A stretch of 64,000 nucleotides of DNA from Minisyncoccota bacterium (GTDB lineage Bacteria > Patescibacteriota > Minisyncoccia > Phycocordibacterales > SBAW01): contig DASZRD010000009.1 of assembly GCA_035549255.1 (NCBI GenBank), positions 49,071 to 113,070 of the forward strand. The letters are read 5' to 3'. The translations under genes and the position numbers were made by a program. Under the pieces are notes generated by a model. The model saw nothing but the letters and a program-made list of their open reading frames with translations, searched no databases and had not been told where the DNA came from. Of the stretch, positions 20,220 to 28,203 are shown one piece after another. How positions within the stretch are numbered: position 1 is the stretch's first letter; every line of letters starts with the position of its first letter.

Positions 20220-23200
20220 ATGCAGGGCAGGGCAGGGCGCATCATAAAAAAACCGATACAAAGATTCTTCGCGAGCATGCTTGTGCTCGCGCTTGTCGCG
20301 GAAGCCTACGCCCCGCTGCCAACCGTCCTAAAACTTCCTCTTTTTAAGGAAGGTACGGTGCACGCAAGTTCAACGATAGTTACTTACCTTACATCCGGTA
20401 CTTCCTGGACTGTACCTCTCGACTGGAACTCCGCGAGCAATACCATCGAAGTCATCGGCGGCGGTGGGGGTGGTGGTAATGGTGCAAGCGGAGTTGCTGG
20501 TGGCGGTGGAGGAGGTGGCGGCGCATATTCAAAAACCTCGAACCTTTCCTTGGTTCCCGGTAACAGTGTCGCCTATGGCATTGGGACTGGCGGTAGCGCC
20601 CAAACATCTGGCGGCGATACTTTTTTTAACAGAACCTCGGGTTCAGCTAATACTTGTGCAGACGTATCGTCTGTGTGTGCAAAAGGGGGTTCCGGTGCCA
20701 CGAGCGCGACTGGCGCAGGCGGCGGTTCATCTGGAAGCGGCCGAGGAAGCACATTGTATTCTGGTGGCACCGGCGGCACGGTCCCCAGCGGCGGCTCGAT
20801 GGGTGCCGGGGGCGGCGGGGCAGCAGGCCTTAACGGGGCGGGAAAAAACGGCGGCACACCTACCGGCGGCAACCCTGTGGGCGGTTCAGGCGGCGGCGGC
20901 GCTGATAACGGGGCTAATGGTGCTGCCAATACTACAACCACTGGTGGCGCAGGTGGGGCTAACTATCTTGGCTCTGGAGGTGGGTCTGGGGGTACTACGG
21001 GAGTTGGCGGCACAGGTAGTAACGGCGGTGGAGGCGGAGGTGGCGGAGCGGCTACCTCTAATACTTCTTTTGCTGGTGGTGCTGGCGGCGCGGGTATCGA
21101 GTGGGATGCATCACATGGTTCGGGAGGTGGAGCAGGCGGAGCTGCCATGAACGATACTGGCTCTACCGCTGCTACAAATGGCTCTACTGGAGGTCTATAT
21201 GGCGGCGGTGGATCTGGTGGCGCCGCGACCTCCCATGGTGGCTCGACCGGCGGCTCTGGCGCCCAGGGCCTCATCGTCATCACGTATACGCCGGTTGTTC
21301 AAATTTCAACGATCTTTCTTACTTCCGGCACATCCTGGACCGTACCGAACGATTGGAATTCGTCTAATAATACTGTCGAAGTCATCGGCGGCGGTGGCAG
21401 TGGTGGTGCCGCTAAGAATAATGGTGTTAGTTCGGGATCCGGTGGTGGTGGTGGCGGCTATGCAAAAATAACGAATCTAAATCTTACTCCCGGGACTTTG
21501 GTTACTTATCAAGTTGGGGCTGGCGGTACTGCAGTTACTGCCACTGCCGGAAGCGGAAGCGCAGCTGATGTACCAGGGAATAATGGTACAGCCTCATACT
21601 TTAATGGCACGTCTGCCGCTGCTTCAAGTGTCGCAGCAAATGGCGGATCGGGGGGAGGAGCAATCGGCACCTCAGGATCTCTTAGCGGAGGTGCGGGTGG
21701 CACTGTCGTTGTTGGTTCGGGGTATAGTGGAGGCGCCGGGGGTTTAATAAGTGGTAGCGGTTCAAGTGCTCGCGGTACCGGCGGCGGCGGCGCAGGAGGA
21801 TCAAATGGAGCTGGAAATTCGGGTGCGACTTTGTCGGCTACAGGTGCAAGCGATGGGGGTTCCGGCGACGCCGGCTTCGGCGGTTCTTCGACGGGGACAG
21901 CGGGGGCCTTAAATAATACTGCTAGTTCTGGCGGCAACGGGACCGAATGGAATTCTGCGCCCGCGTATGGTGCTGGTGGCGGTGGCGGCGGAGCATATGC
22001 GACTGGGGTAGCTTCTATTGCTGGTGGTGATGGAGGCACCTATGGTGCGGGTAGCGGTGGAGCGGCAAACGATAGAAATTCTTCCGGCTCGGCAACATCT
22101 GGTGCCGGACAACCGGGCATCATCGTCATCACGTATACGTCCTATGTTCCACCCTCCCGCATCATCCGCCTCTTCGGCTCGTATACAAGCGCGCCGATGC
22201 ATATTTACCTTACGACGACCGGCTCGGGCACGTGGACGGTCCCGAGCGACTTTACTTCCAACGGCAGCAGTATCGAAGTCATCGGAGCCGGCGGAGGTAC
22301 GGCAAATACCAACGGCCCCTGCTGCGGCTACGGAGCATACGGGAGCGGCGGCGGCGCATATTCTGAAATTTCGAATGTCTCGCTTACGCCGGGCACTACG
22401 GTCGGCATTAATGTCCCGGCCGGAGGAGCCCCCGGCAGCAGCGGCGGGGATACGTGGCTGTGCAGCTCAACTTCGGGATGTTCATCAATAACTGATACGA
22501 ATGTCATTGTTGGCGCCAAGGGCGGCACAGTGGGGAATCAATCATCGGGCTTAGGTGGCGCATATACATCTGGTGTAGGCACCATAAGATATTCCGGCGG
22601 CAACGGCGGCGTGGGTATCGACACGAATGGCAGCGGCGGCGTCGATTATGCCGGCGGCGGAGGCGGCGCGGGAGGGCCGAACGGCAATGGCGCAAATGGA
22701 GGCAATGGTAGCAGCCTTTCAGAATTCGCTGGCGGCGGCGGTGGCAACGGCGGAGGGTCTGCAGGCCAAGCAGCTTCAACCATAGCGGGAGGCAGTGGCG
22801 GTAATAACTCTCTTGGTTCGGGAGCCGGGGCCGGAGGCAGCAGCAGCAACTCCAATACCTGCAGCGCAGGTACAAATGGCGGTGGTGGTGGCGGAGGCGA
22901 TGGAGGCGCTGGCTGTACTGGCGGTAATGGTACAGAGTGGGACGCCTCTCATGGCTCCGGAGGCGGAGGCGGAGGCGGTTCGACAGGCGGGAACGGCGGT
23001 ACCTATGGCGGCGGGGCAGGTTCTTCAGGCACTACTCCTACCGCAACAGGCGGTCAGGGCATCATTGTCATCACGTACTCACGGCCCAATGTGCGGACAT
23101 TGCGGATTATAGGAGGCGCTGCGCAGCAAATCCTTGGGGGTACTAAGCAAGTAGTTCTTTCGGCCAATCCCGGAGGCGGAAATCAGACATGGATCGTGCC

Positions 23201-24164
23201 AGGAGACTTCAGCTCCCTCATCAAAGTTGAGTGTATTGGGTCTGGAGGGCATGGAGGACAAGGGAATGCTAGTAATGCCGGGGGTGGTGGCGGCGGCGGT
23301 GGAGCTTATGCGTCAACCACGGCGGTTACTGGCCTTACTCCCGGTGCCTCGATATTGTATGCCGTGGGCGCATCAGCAACAACGACTTCGGCAACGAACC
23401 CAGTCGCTAATGCTCGAGAAACGTACTTTAATGGCACCGCATCTTCTACTGCAGCGCTTACCTGTGATTGGGGAAGAATGGGTGGTGTTCCGACAGGCGG
23501 TATTGCAGGCTCGACCGCTTTCTCTGTTCCTTCCTCGAATTCTTCAACGGGCGGTTCTTATGCTGGCGGCTCTGGCGGTGGCGGTTCGAGTGGAACTACG
23601 GGTGGCGGTGGCGGTGGCGGTGGAAGCGCGGGTCCTATTGGAATAGGAAAGTCAGGTGGCACCGCTCAAACCTTAACTAACTTAGGAAGTGCCGGCGGCG
23701 GCGGGGGTTCTAATGGCGGCTCTTCAACTGCTGGGGGTTCACCAAGTTCGGGCGGTCCTGGTGGCAATGGTGGTAATAACACTTCTGGTACAGGAGGTGG
23801 TAGTGGGACGGCAGCATCAATGGGGGGCGCAAGTGCTAGTGCTACGGACGGTTCTAACGGCGGCGGCGGCGGCGGTTCAGGTGGTGCGAATACTACATCT
23901 GGTGCAGGTGGTAGTGGTTCATGCGATACGACTCTTGATGGTAGTACGAGTGGCGCGTGCGGCGGCGGCGGCGGCTCAGGATTCCCAAACGGAGGTACCC
24001 CCGGCCAGCCGGGTGCTGGAGGCGCCTTCGGCGGCGGCGGCGGCGGCGCGAGTTCTCAGATATCACCTCTTGTTCCTGGAGCATCAGGGGGTCAAGGCAT
24101 CATTGTAATTACCTACTCGTCCATTAGTTACCGCCCCGTCATCAAGCTGTATCAATCGCAATAA
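20220..24164 (+). CDS. Gly-rich secreted multi-module protein (1314 aa) with four tandem ~300-aa modules
   Basis: An N-terminal hydrophobic segment is followed by four modules. Each starts '..TSG(T)SWTVP.DW.S..N.IEVIGGGGGG', carries a central 'S.ISN.SLTPGT.V.Y.VG.GG' and ends 'GQGIIVITY(T/S)'. About 45% of residues are Gly. Confidence 0.8.
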   Translation: MQGRAGRIIKKPIQRFFASMLVLALVAEAYAPLPTVLKLPLFKEGTVHASSTIVTYLTSGTSWTVPLDWNSASNTIEVIGGGGGGGNGASGVAGGGGGGGGAYSKTSNLSLVPGNSVAYGIGTGGSAQTSGGDTFFNRTSGSANTCADVSSVCAKGGSGATSATGAGGGSSGSGRGSTLYSGGTGGTVPSGGSMGAGGGGAAGLNGAGKNGGTPTGGNPVGGSGGGGADNGANGAANTTTTGGAGGANYLGSGGGSGGTTGVGGTGSNGGGGGGGGAATSNTSFAGGAGGAGIEWDASHGSGGGAGGAAMNDTGSTAATNGSTGGLYGGGGSGGAATSHGGSTGGSGAQGLIVITYTPVVQISTIFLTSGTSWTVPNDWNSSNNTVEVIGGGGSGGAAKNNGVSSGSGGGGGGYAKITNLNLTPGTLVTYQVGAGGTAVTATAGSGSAADVPGNNGTASYFNGTSAAASSVAANGGSGGGAIGTSGSLSGGAGGTVVVGSGYSGGAGGLISGSGSSARGTGGGGAGGSNGAGNSGATLSATGASDGGSGDAGFGGSSTGTAGALNNTASSGGNGTEWNSAPAYGAGGGGGGAYATGVASIAGGDGGTYGAGSGGAANDRNSSGSATSGAGQPGIIVITYTSYVPPSRIIRLFGSYTSAPMHIYLTTTGSGTWTVPSDFTSNGSSIEVIGAGGGTANTNGPCCGYGAYGSGGGAYSEISNVSLTPGTTVGINVPAGGAPGSSGGDTWLCSSTSGCSSITDTNVIVGAKGGTVGNQSSGLGGAYTSGVGTIRYSGGNGGVGIDTNGSGGVDYAGGGGGAGGPNGNGANGGNGSSLSEFAGGGGGNGGGSAGQAASTIAGGSGGNNSLGSGAGAGGSSSNSNTCSAGTNGGGGGGGDGGAGCTGGNGTEWDASHGSGGGGGGGSTGGNGGTYGGGAGSSGTTPTATGGQGIIVITYSRPNVRTLRIIGGAAQQILGGTKQVVLSANPGGGNQTWIVPGDFSSLIKVECIGSGGHGGQGNASNAGGGGGGGGAYASTTAVTGLTPGASILYAVGASATTTSATNPVANARETYFNGTASSTAALTCDWGRMGGVPTGGIAGSTAFSVPSSNSSTGGSYAGGSGGGGSSGTTGGGGGGGGSAGPIGIGKSGGTAQTLTNLGSAGGGGGSNGGSSTAGGSPSSGGPGGNGGNNTSGTGGGSGTAASMGGASASATDGSNGGGGGGSGGANTTSGAGGSGSCDTTLDGSTSGACGGGGGSGFPNGGTPGQPGAGGAFGGGGGGASSQISPLVPGASGGQGIIVITYSSISYRPVIKLYQSQ

Positions 24165-24166
24165 CT

Positions 24167-24733
24167 ATGTCGCGCACGCAACGAGCAATCATTCGCATCA
24201 TAGTGACGCTTCTTGGCATAGGCATTGTCGTTGCCGCTTTGTGGTACGGCATCCAATTTTTTACGCATCACAGCAGTTCAAATACAAATGTTCCGTTCGG
24301 CCAGATGACGACGCCGCCCGTGCAGCAGGCGCCCGCCGGGTACAAGGAATATCACAGTGATTTGTATCGCTTCTCGATCATCTATCCGGATGACCTAGCC
24401 TTTTTAGCCTATCCTGAAGCTGCGGGCGGTGGGACATTCACCTTCGAGAACGACAGCCAGGGTCGTGGCTTTCAGGTCTATGTAACGCCATTTCAGGGCT
24501 CGCAGATCACCGACGAACGCTTCAAGGCTGACGACCCCTCCGGCGTGCGCGACAATTTGCAGAATATCACCGTCGATGGCGCCGTCGGCGCGTCATTCTA
24601 TGGCAAGGACAAGGCGCTCGGCGACACGGCCGAGATCTGGTTCCTCCGTGAGGGCTACTTGTATGAAGTCACCACGCTCAAGGCGACCGCCGACCTCTTG
24701 ACCTCGGTCATGCAGACGTGGAAGTTCTACTAG
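24167..24733 (+). CDS. Small membrane-anchored partner protein (188 aa), paralog of 27605..28174
   Basis: Its start is 2 nt after the upstream stop. It has an N-terminal TM helix. Motifs conserved with the paralog are YH.D.Y.FS..YPD.L, FTFE.D, QITD..FK.DDPSGVRD, LGDT.E.WF.R.G.LYEVTT and a C-terminal MQTWKFY. Confidence 0.75.
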   Translation: MSRTQRAIIRIIVTLLGIGIVVAALWYGIQFFTHHSSSNTNVPFGQMTTPPVQQAPAGYKEYHSDLYRFSIIYPDDLAFLAYPEAAGGGTFTFENDSQGRGFQVYVTPFQGSQITDERFKADDPSGVRDNLQNITVDGAVGASFYGKDKALGDTAEIWFLREGYLYEVTTLKATADLLTSVMQTWKFY

Positions 24734-24744
24734 CGCTCCGCTCG

Positions 24745-24753
24745 TGCGATACT
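24745..24753 (+). promoter_or_regulatory. Candidate extended -10 promoter element TGcGATACT, 11 nt upstream of the ATG of cassette 2
   Basis: Spacing and sequence match the element at 20200-20208. It lies in the 31-nt gap between the partner-1 stop and cassette 2. Confidence 0.4.
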
Positions 24754-24764
24754 AAAGGGACGTC

Positions 24765-27608
24765 ATGCAGGGCAGGAGACAGACAGTCTTTCATATTCTA
24801 AAAAGAGCATCGGCTGGTTTTCTTATCAGCGCGCTTATACTTGCGGCGTATGTCTCGATCCCAGGCATAGCGCCGCTCCCAAGCGCCTACGCAGCGGTTT
24901 GTGCCGGCGGCACGTACTCCGGCGGCATTTGCACTATTATGCTCACCTCCGGCAGCACCTGGACGGTGCCGAGCGATTGGGGTTCTCCTAATACTATCGA
25001 AGCAATCGGTGGTGGCGGAGGCGGAGGCGGAGGAGGCCGCGGGGGCGGGGGCGGGGGCGCAGCTGCTTTGATATCGAATCAATCGCTTACTCCTGGTACG
25101 ACGCTTGGTATAAATATAGGCGCGGCCGGTGCAGCTGGCGGAACGAACACTGACGGAGGTACTGGTGGCGATACGTGGCTCTGTAGTTCGACTTCGAGCT
25201 GCAGCTCGATTTCCGACACGAATGTTATCGTCGGTGCTAAGGGCGGCTCCGGTTCATCAAGCACTTCCGGCGGCGCAGGGGGTGTCGGCTCGAGCGGCGT
25301 TGGAGCGACAAAGAACTCTGGTGGTGCGGGTGGTAATGCAACCACTACTGGTACGTACAAAGGTGGCGGTGGTGGCGGTGGCGTGGGGGGCCTCGGCGGC
25401 GTGGGCGGTACTGGCGGCGCAGGTAATGGCGGTGGCGGTGGCGGTGGCGGTGCCGCTCTGGGCGGCATAGGCGGTATTGGTGGTGCCGGAGGTTTTGGCG
25501 GCTCCGGTGGTGGCGGAGGTGGTGGCGGTTCTGGAGGTATGAATGGTGGGCAGGGAGGTGCTGGTGGAAGAGGACCTAATAATGATGGCGGTGGCGGGGG
25601 CGGTGGCGGCATCGGAAGCAGCAGTGGTTCTGGAGGTAATGGCGGTATTGGAGGCGATTCGGGTGGCGGTGGCGGTGGCGGTGGCGGCGCTGCAGTTGGT
25701 GGTTCCGGAGGCAATGGTGGCGATGCTGCTGCTTTTGGCGGCTCTGGCGGCGGCGGCGGCTCCGGTGGACCTGGTGGCGGTGCTGGCGGTGCTGGCGGCG
25801 GTGGGGCAAGTTTTGAGCCTTTTGGCGGTGGCGGCGGAGGCATAGGAGGTACTGGTGGCACCGGTGGAGTTGGAGGGACTGCAAATACTCAATCTGCTGG
25901 CGGTGGCGGCGGTGCAGCTTCTTCAGGCGGTGCAGGCGGTGCGGGTGGTGCGGGTGGCACTAGCGGTATTGGCGGTGGCGGTGGCGGCCAGGGTGGTTCT
26001 GGCGCTGGTGGCGGTAGCGGTGCTACTGGCGCACAAAACGGCGGTGGTGGTGGCGGTGGTGGTTCGTCAGGCGCTGGCGGTAATTCAACTTCTTCAACGG
26101 GAGGCGCAGGAGGTTCCGGCGGTGGCGGCGCGGGTGGCACTGGCAATACAAATCCTGGTGGTAATGGCAGTGATGCTATTGGCCAAGGCGGCGGAGGTGG
26201 CGGTGGCGGTAATAATACTGGTAGTGGTACCGGAGGTACCGGAGGTAATAGTGGCGGCGCAGGTGGAGCAAGTCAAAGCAGTAGTTGCGGTGGTGGCGGA
26301 GGTGGTGCAGGCCCTGGCGGAGGCGGAGGTGGAGGATGTGTGATAGGCGGCGCAGGTAGTGCGGGACCTAGTACAACTGGCGGTGGCGGAGGTGGTGGTA
26401 GTTTCGGTTCAGGTGTTGGGGGCGGCAGAGGGGGTAATTCTGGTGGTTCTGGTGGTATTGGTAATGGCGGTGGCGGTGGCGGTGGCCAAGGCGGTGGCGG
26501 TGGCGGTGGTTATAACGGCGGCGGCGCGGGAAGTAGCGGCCCTGGATCAAGCGGCGGCGGCGGAGGTGGCGGCGAGGAAGCTACTCCGGGTGGTGCTGGT
26601 GGAAATAGCGGCGGTGCAGGCGCGAATTATGGCGGTGGCGGTGGCGGTGGCCAAGGCGGTGGCGGTGGCGGTGGCGCAGCAGGTAATGATGGCAGTGGGG
26701 CTATTGGCAGTACTCCTGGCGGCGGCGGAGGTGGTGGAAGCCTTAATTCTTCCATACTAGAAGCTGGTGCCGCAGGCGGCCAAGGGGAAATAATCATTAC
26801 GTATACTCCGCTCGTTCGCGCTCGCACCATTCTTCTTTTCGGTTCGATAACGGGTGGCGTGACGCCCATCCGCTCTTTGCGCGTGATTGGTTCGGGTGGT
26901 ATCTCTCATGCCCAAAAAACAGTCACTCAAAACTACGATGCGCAGGTCGATACTTCGCAGTCAGTATTTGGTGGTGGAAGCGCGCTCTTTGACGGCACCA
27001 ACGACAACCTCCAGCTCGACAGCAGCCCGGATTTTACCTTTGGCACCGGCGACTTCACGATAGATTTCTGGATGCGGCCCAACGTCGTCAATACCGACAT
27101 GGTGCTCTACGACGGCCGGCCGGCCGGCACCAACGGCGCCTACCCGACCATCTATCTCAGCAATACCAACCACATCTCATACCTTGCAAACAACGCCACC
27201 AGGATCACCGGCACTACCAACATCGCGGCCGGCACCTGGTACCATGTCGCTCTTGCGCGTAGCGGCACGGCGACCAAACTATTTCTCAACGGGGTGCAAG
27301 AGGGCTCGACGTATACCGACAGCACGAATTATCTGCCCATGGACACGACGCCGGGGCTGTCGCGACCGCTCATCGGCATACGGTCGACCGACCTCTTGAG
27401 CGGTTTCAACGGCTGGATTGACGAGCTGCGCGTGAGCAAGGGCATCGCCCGCTGGACAACCACGTTTACTCCGCCAAGCGCTGCCTATGTGCCCGATGCG
27501 TATACCGTACTTCTTTTGCATATGGATGGCACCGATGGCCAAGAGACATTTACCGATGCTACTGGAAATCTTCTTAACCGCCAGATAATCATTTATCCTC
27601 TGCAATGA
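24765..27608 (+). CDS. Gly-rich secreted protein (947 aa): one hyper-expanded module plus a C-terminal LamG/concanavalin-like domain
   Basis: It shares the 'MQGR' start and TM segment with the 20220 gene. Its single module runs from 'LTSGSTWTVPSDWGSPNTIEAIGGGGGG' through ~600 aa of poly-Gly to 'GQGEIIITYTP'. The C-terminus carries LamG signatures: 'FTIDFWMRPN', 'WYHVALARSG..KLFLNGV' and 'GWIDELRVSKG'. Confidence 0.8.
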   Translation: MQGRRQTVFHILKRASAGFLISALILAAYVSIPGIAPLPSAYAAVCAGGTYSGGICTIMLTSGSTWTVPSDWGSPNTIEAIGGGGGGGGGGRGGGGGGAAALISNQSLTPGTTLGINIGAAGAAGGTNTDGGTGGDTWLCSSTSSCSSISDTNVIVGAKGGSGSSSTSGGAGGVGSSGVGATKNSGGAGGNATTTGTYKGGGGGGGVGGLGGVGGTGGAGNGGGGGGGGAALGGIGGIGGAGGFGGSGGGGGGGGSGGMNGGQGGAGGRGPNNDGGGGGGGGIGSSSGSGGNGGIGGDSGGGGGGGGGAAVGGSGGNGGDAAAFGGSGGGGGSGGPGGGAGGAGGGGASFEPFGGGGGGIGGTGGTGGVGGTANTQSAGGGGGAASSGGAGGAGGAGGTSGIGGGGGGQGGSGAGGGSGATGAQNGGGGGGGGSSGAGGNSTSSTGGAGGSGGGGAGGTGNTNPGGNGSDAIGQGGGGGGGGNNTGSGTGGTGGNSGGAGGASQSSSCGGGGGGAGPGGGGGGGCVIGGAGSAGPSTTGGGGGGGSFGSGVGGGRGGNSGGSGGIGNGGGGGGGQGGGGGGGYNGGGAGSSGPGSSGGGGGGGEEATPGGAGGNSGGAGANYGGGGGGGQGGGGGGGAAGNDGSGAIGSTPGGGGGGGSLNSSILEAGAAGGQGEIIITYTPLVRARTILLFGSITGGVTPIRSLRVIGSGGISHAQKTVTQNYDAQVDTSQSVFGGGSALFDGTNDNLQLDSSPDFTFGTGDFTIDFWMRPNVVNTDMVLYDGRPAGTNGAYPTIYLSNTNHISYLANNATRITGTTNIAAGTWYHVALARSGTATKLFLNGVQEGSTYTDSTNYLPMDTTPGLSRPLIGIRSTDLLSGFNGWIDELRVSKGIARWTTTFTPPSAAYVPDAYTVLLLHMDGTDGQETFTDATGNLLNRQIIIYPLQ

Positions 27609-28174
27609 GAAAGCTCGTTCTAATTTCTGTAGGAGTTTTTACGGTAGCTATATTAGGCCTGCTTGGTGTCTGGTATATGCAATCTCCGGCGATTTCATCT
27701 GTCGCAATAGATCTAGGCACTTCTTCAGGGGCGTCTTCCACAGTCCCGTCAACTACTCCGCTCGTGCGCGACGTGCCTGCGGGCCAGAACGAGTATCATA
27801 ATGACGCCTATCACTTCTCTGTGCTCTATCCGGACAACCTCAAAGTTGCCGAGCAAGACAATGGCGCAAGCGCGACGTTCACCTTCGAGGATGATAAAAA
27901 CGTGCAGGGCTTCCAGCTTTTCGTGCAGCCGTTCTCGGGCACGCAGATAACTGATGCGCAATTTAAACAGGACGATCCGTCCGGGGTGCGCGACGACCCG
28001 CAGAACTTCACGCTCGACGGCGCTTCTGGCGTGGCCTTCTATAGCCAGGATCATTTGCTCGGAGACACGCGCGAGATGTGGTTCATTCGTGGCGGCTTCC
28101 TTTATGAGGTGACGACCTTCAAAGAGCAGGCTGACTGGCTCGACCAGATCATGCAGACGTGGAAATTCTATTAG
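27605..28174 (+). CDS. Small membrane-anchored partner protein (189 aa), paralog of 24167..24733
   Basis: An ATGA overlap joins its start to the upstream stop. It is ~55% identical to the first partner over ~130 aa. Confidence 0.75.
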   Translation: MRKLVLISVGVFTVAILGLLGVWYMQSPAISSVAIDLGTSSGASSTVPSTTPLVRDVPAGQNEYHNDAYHFSVLYPDNLKVAEQDNGASATFTFEDDKNVQGFQLFVQPFSGTQITDAQFKQDDPSGVRDDPQNFTLDGASGVAFYSQDHLLGDTREMWFIRGGFLYEVTTFKEQADWLDQIMQTWKFY

Positions 28175-28191
28175 CAGTTTAAAATTGGCGG

Positions 28192-28197
28192 TATACT
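28192..28197 (+). promoter_or_regulatory. Candidate -10 box TATACT 6 nt upstream of the gap ATG, implying a leaderless-like transcript
   Basis: 'ggcggTATACTactagtATG'. No Shine-Dalgarno sequence is visible. Confidence 0.3.
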
Positions 28198-28203
28198 ACT
28201 AGT

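Noticed and set aside
25079-25861. Long Pro-rich minus-strand ORFs (e.g. 25079..25861, 20573..20941, 21509..22039, 25889..26146) opposite the Gly-rich genes
   Set aside because: They are mirror images of GGN Gly codons (CCN = Pro) with no start context or RBS. They are antisense artefacts of low-complexity coding DNA.
25360-26700. A possible CRISPR-like or other tandem DNA repeat array in the ggtggcggtggc region
   Set aside because: There is no repeat-spacer periodicity. It is simple GGN-codon microsatellite inside an ORF.
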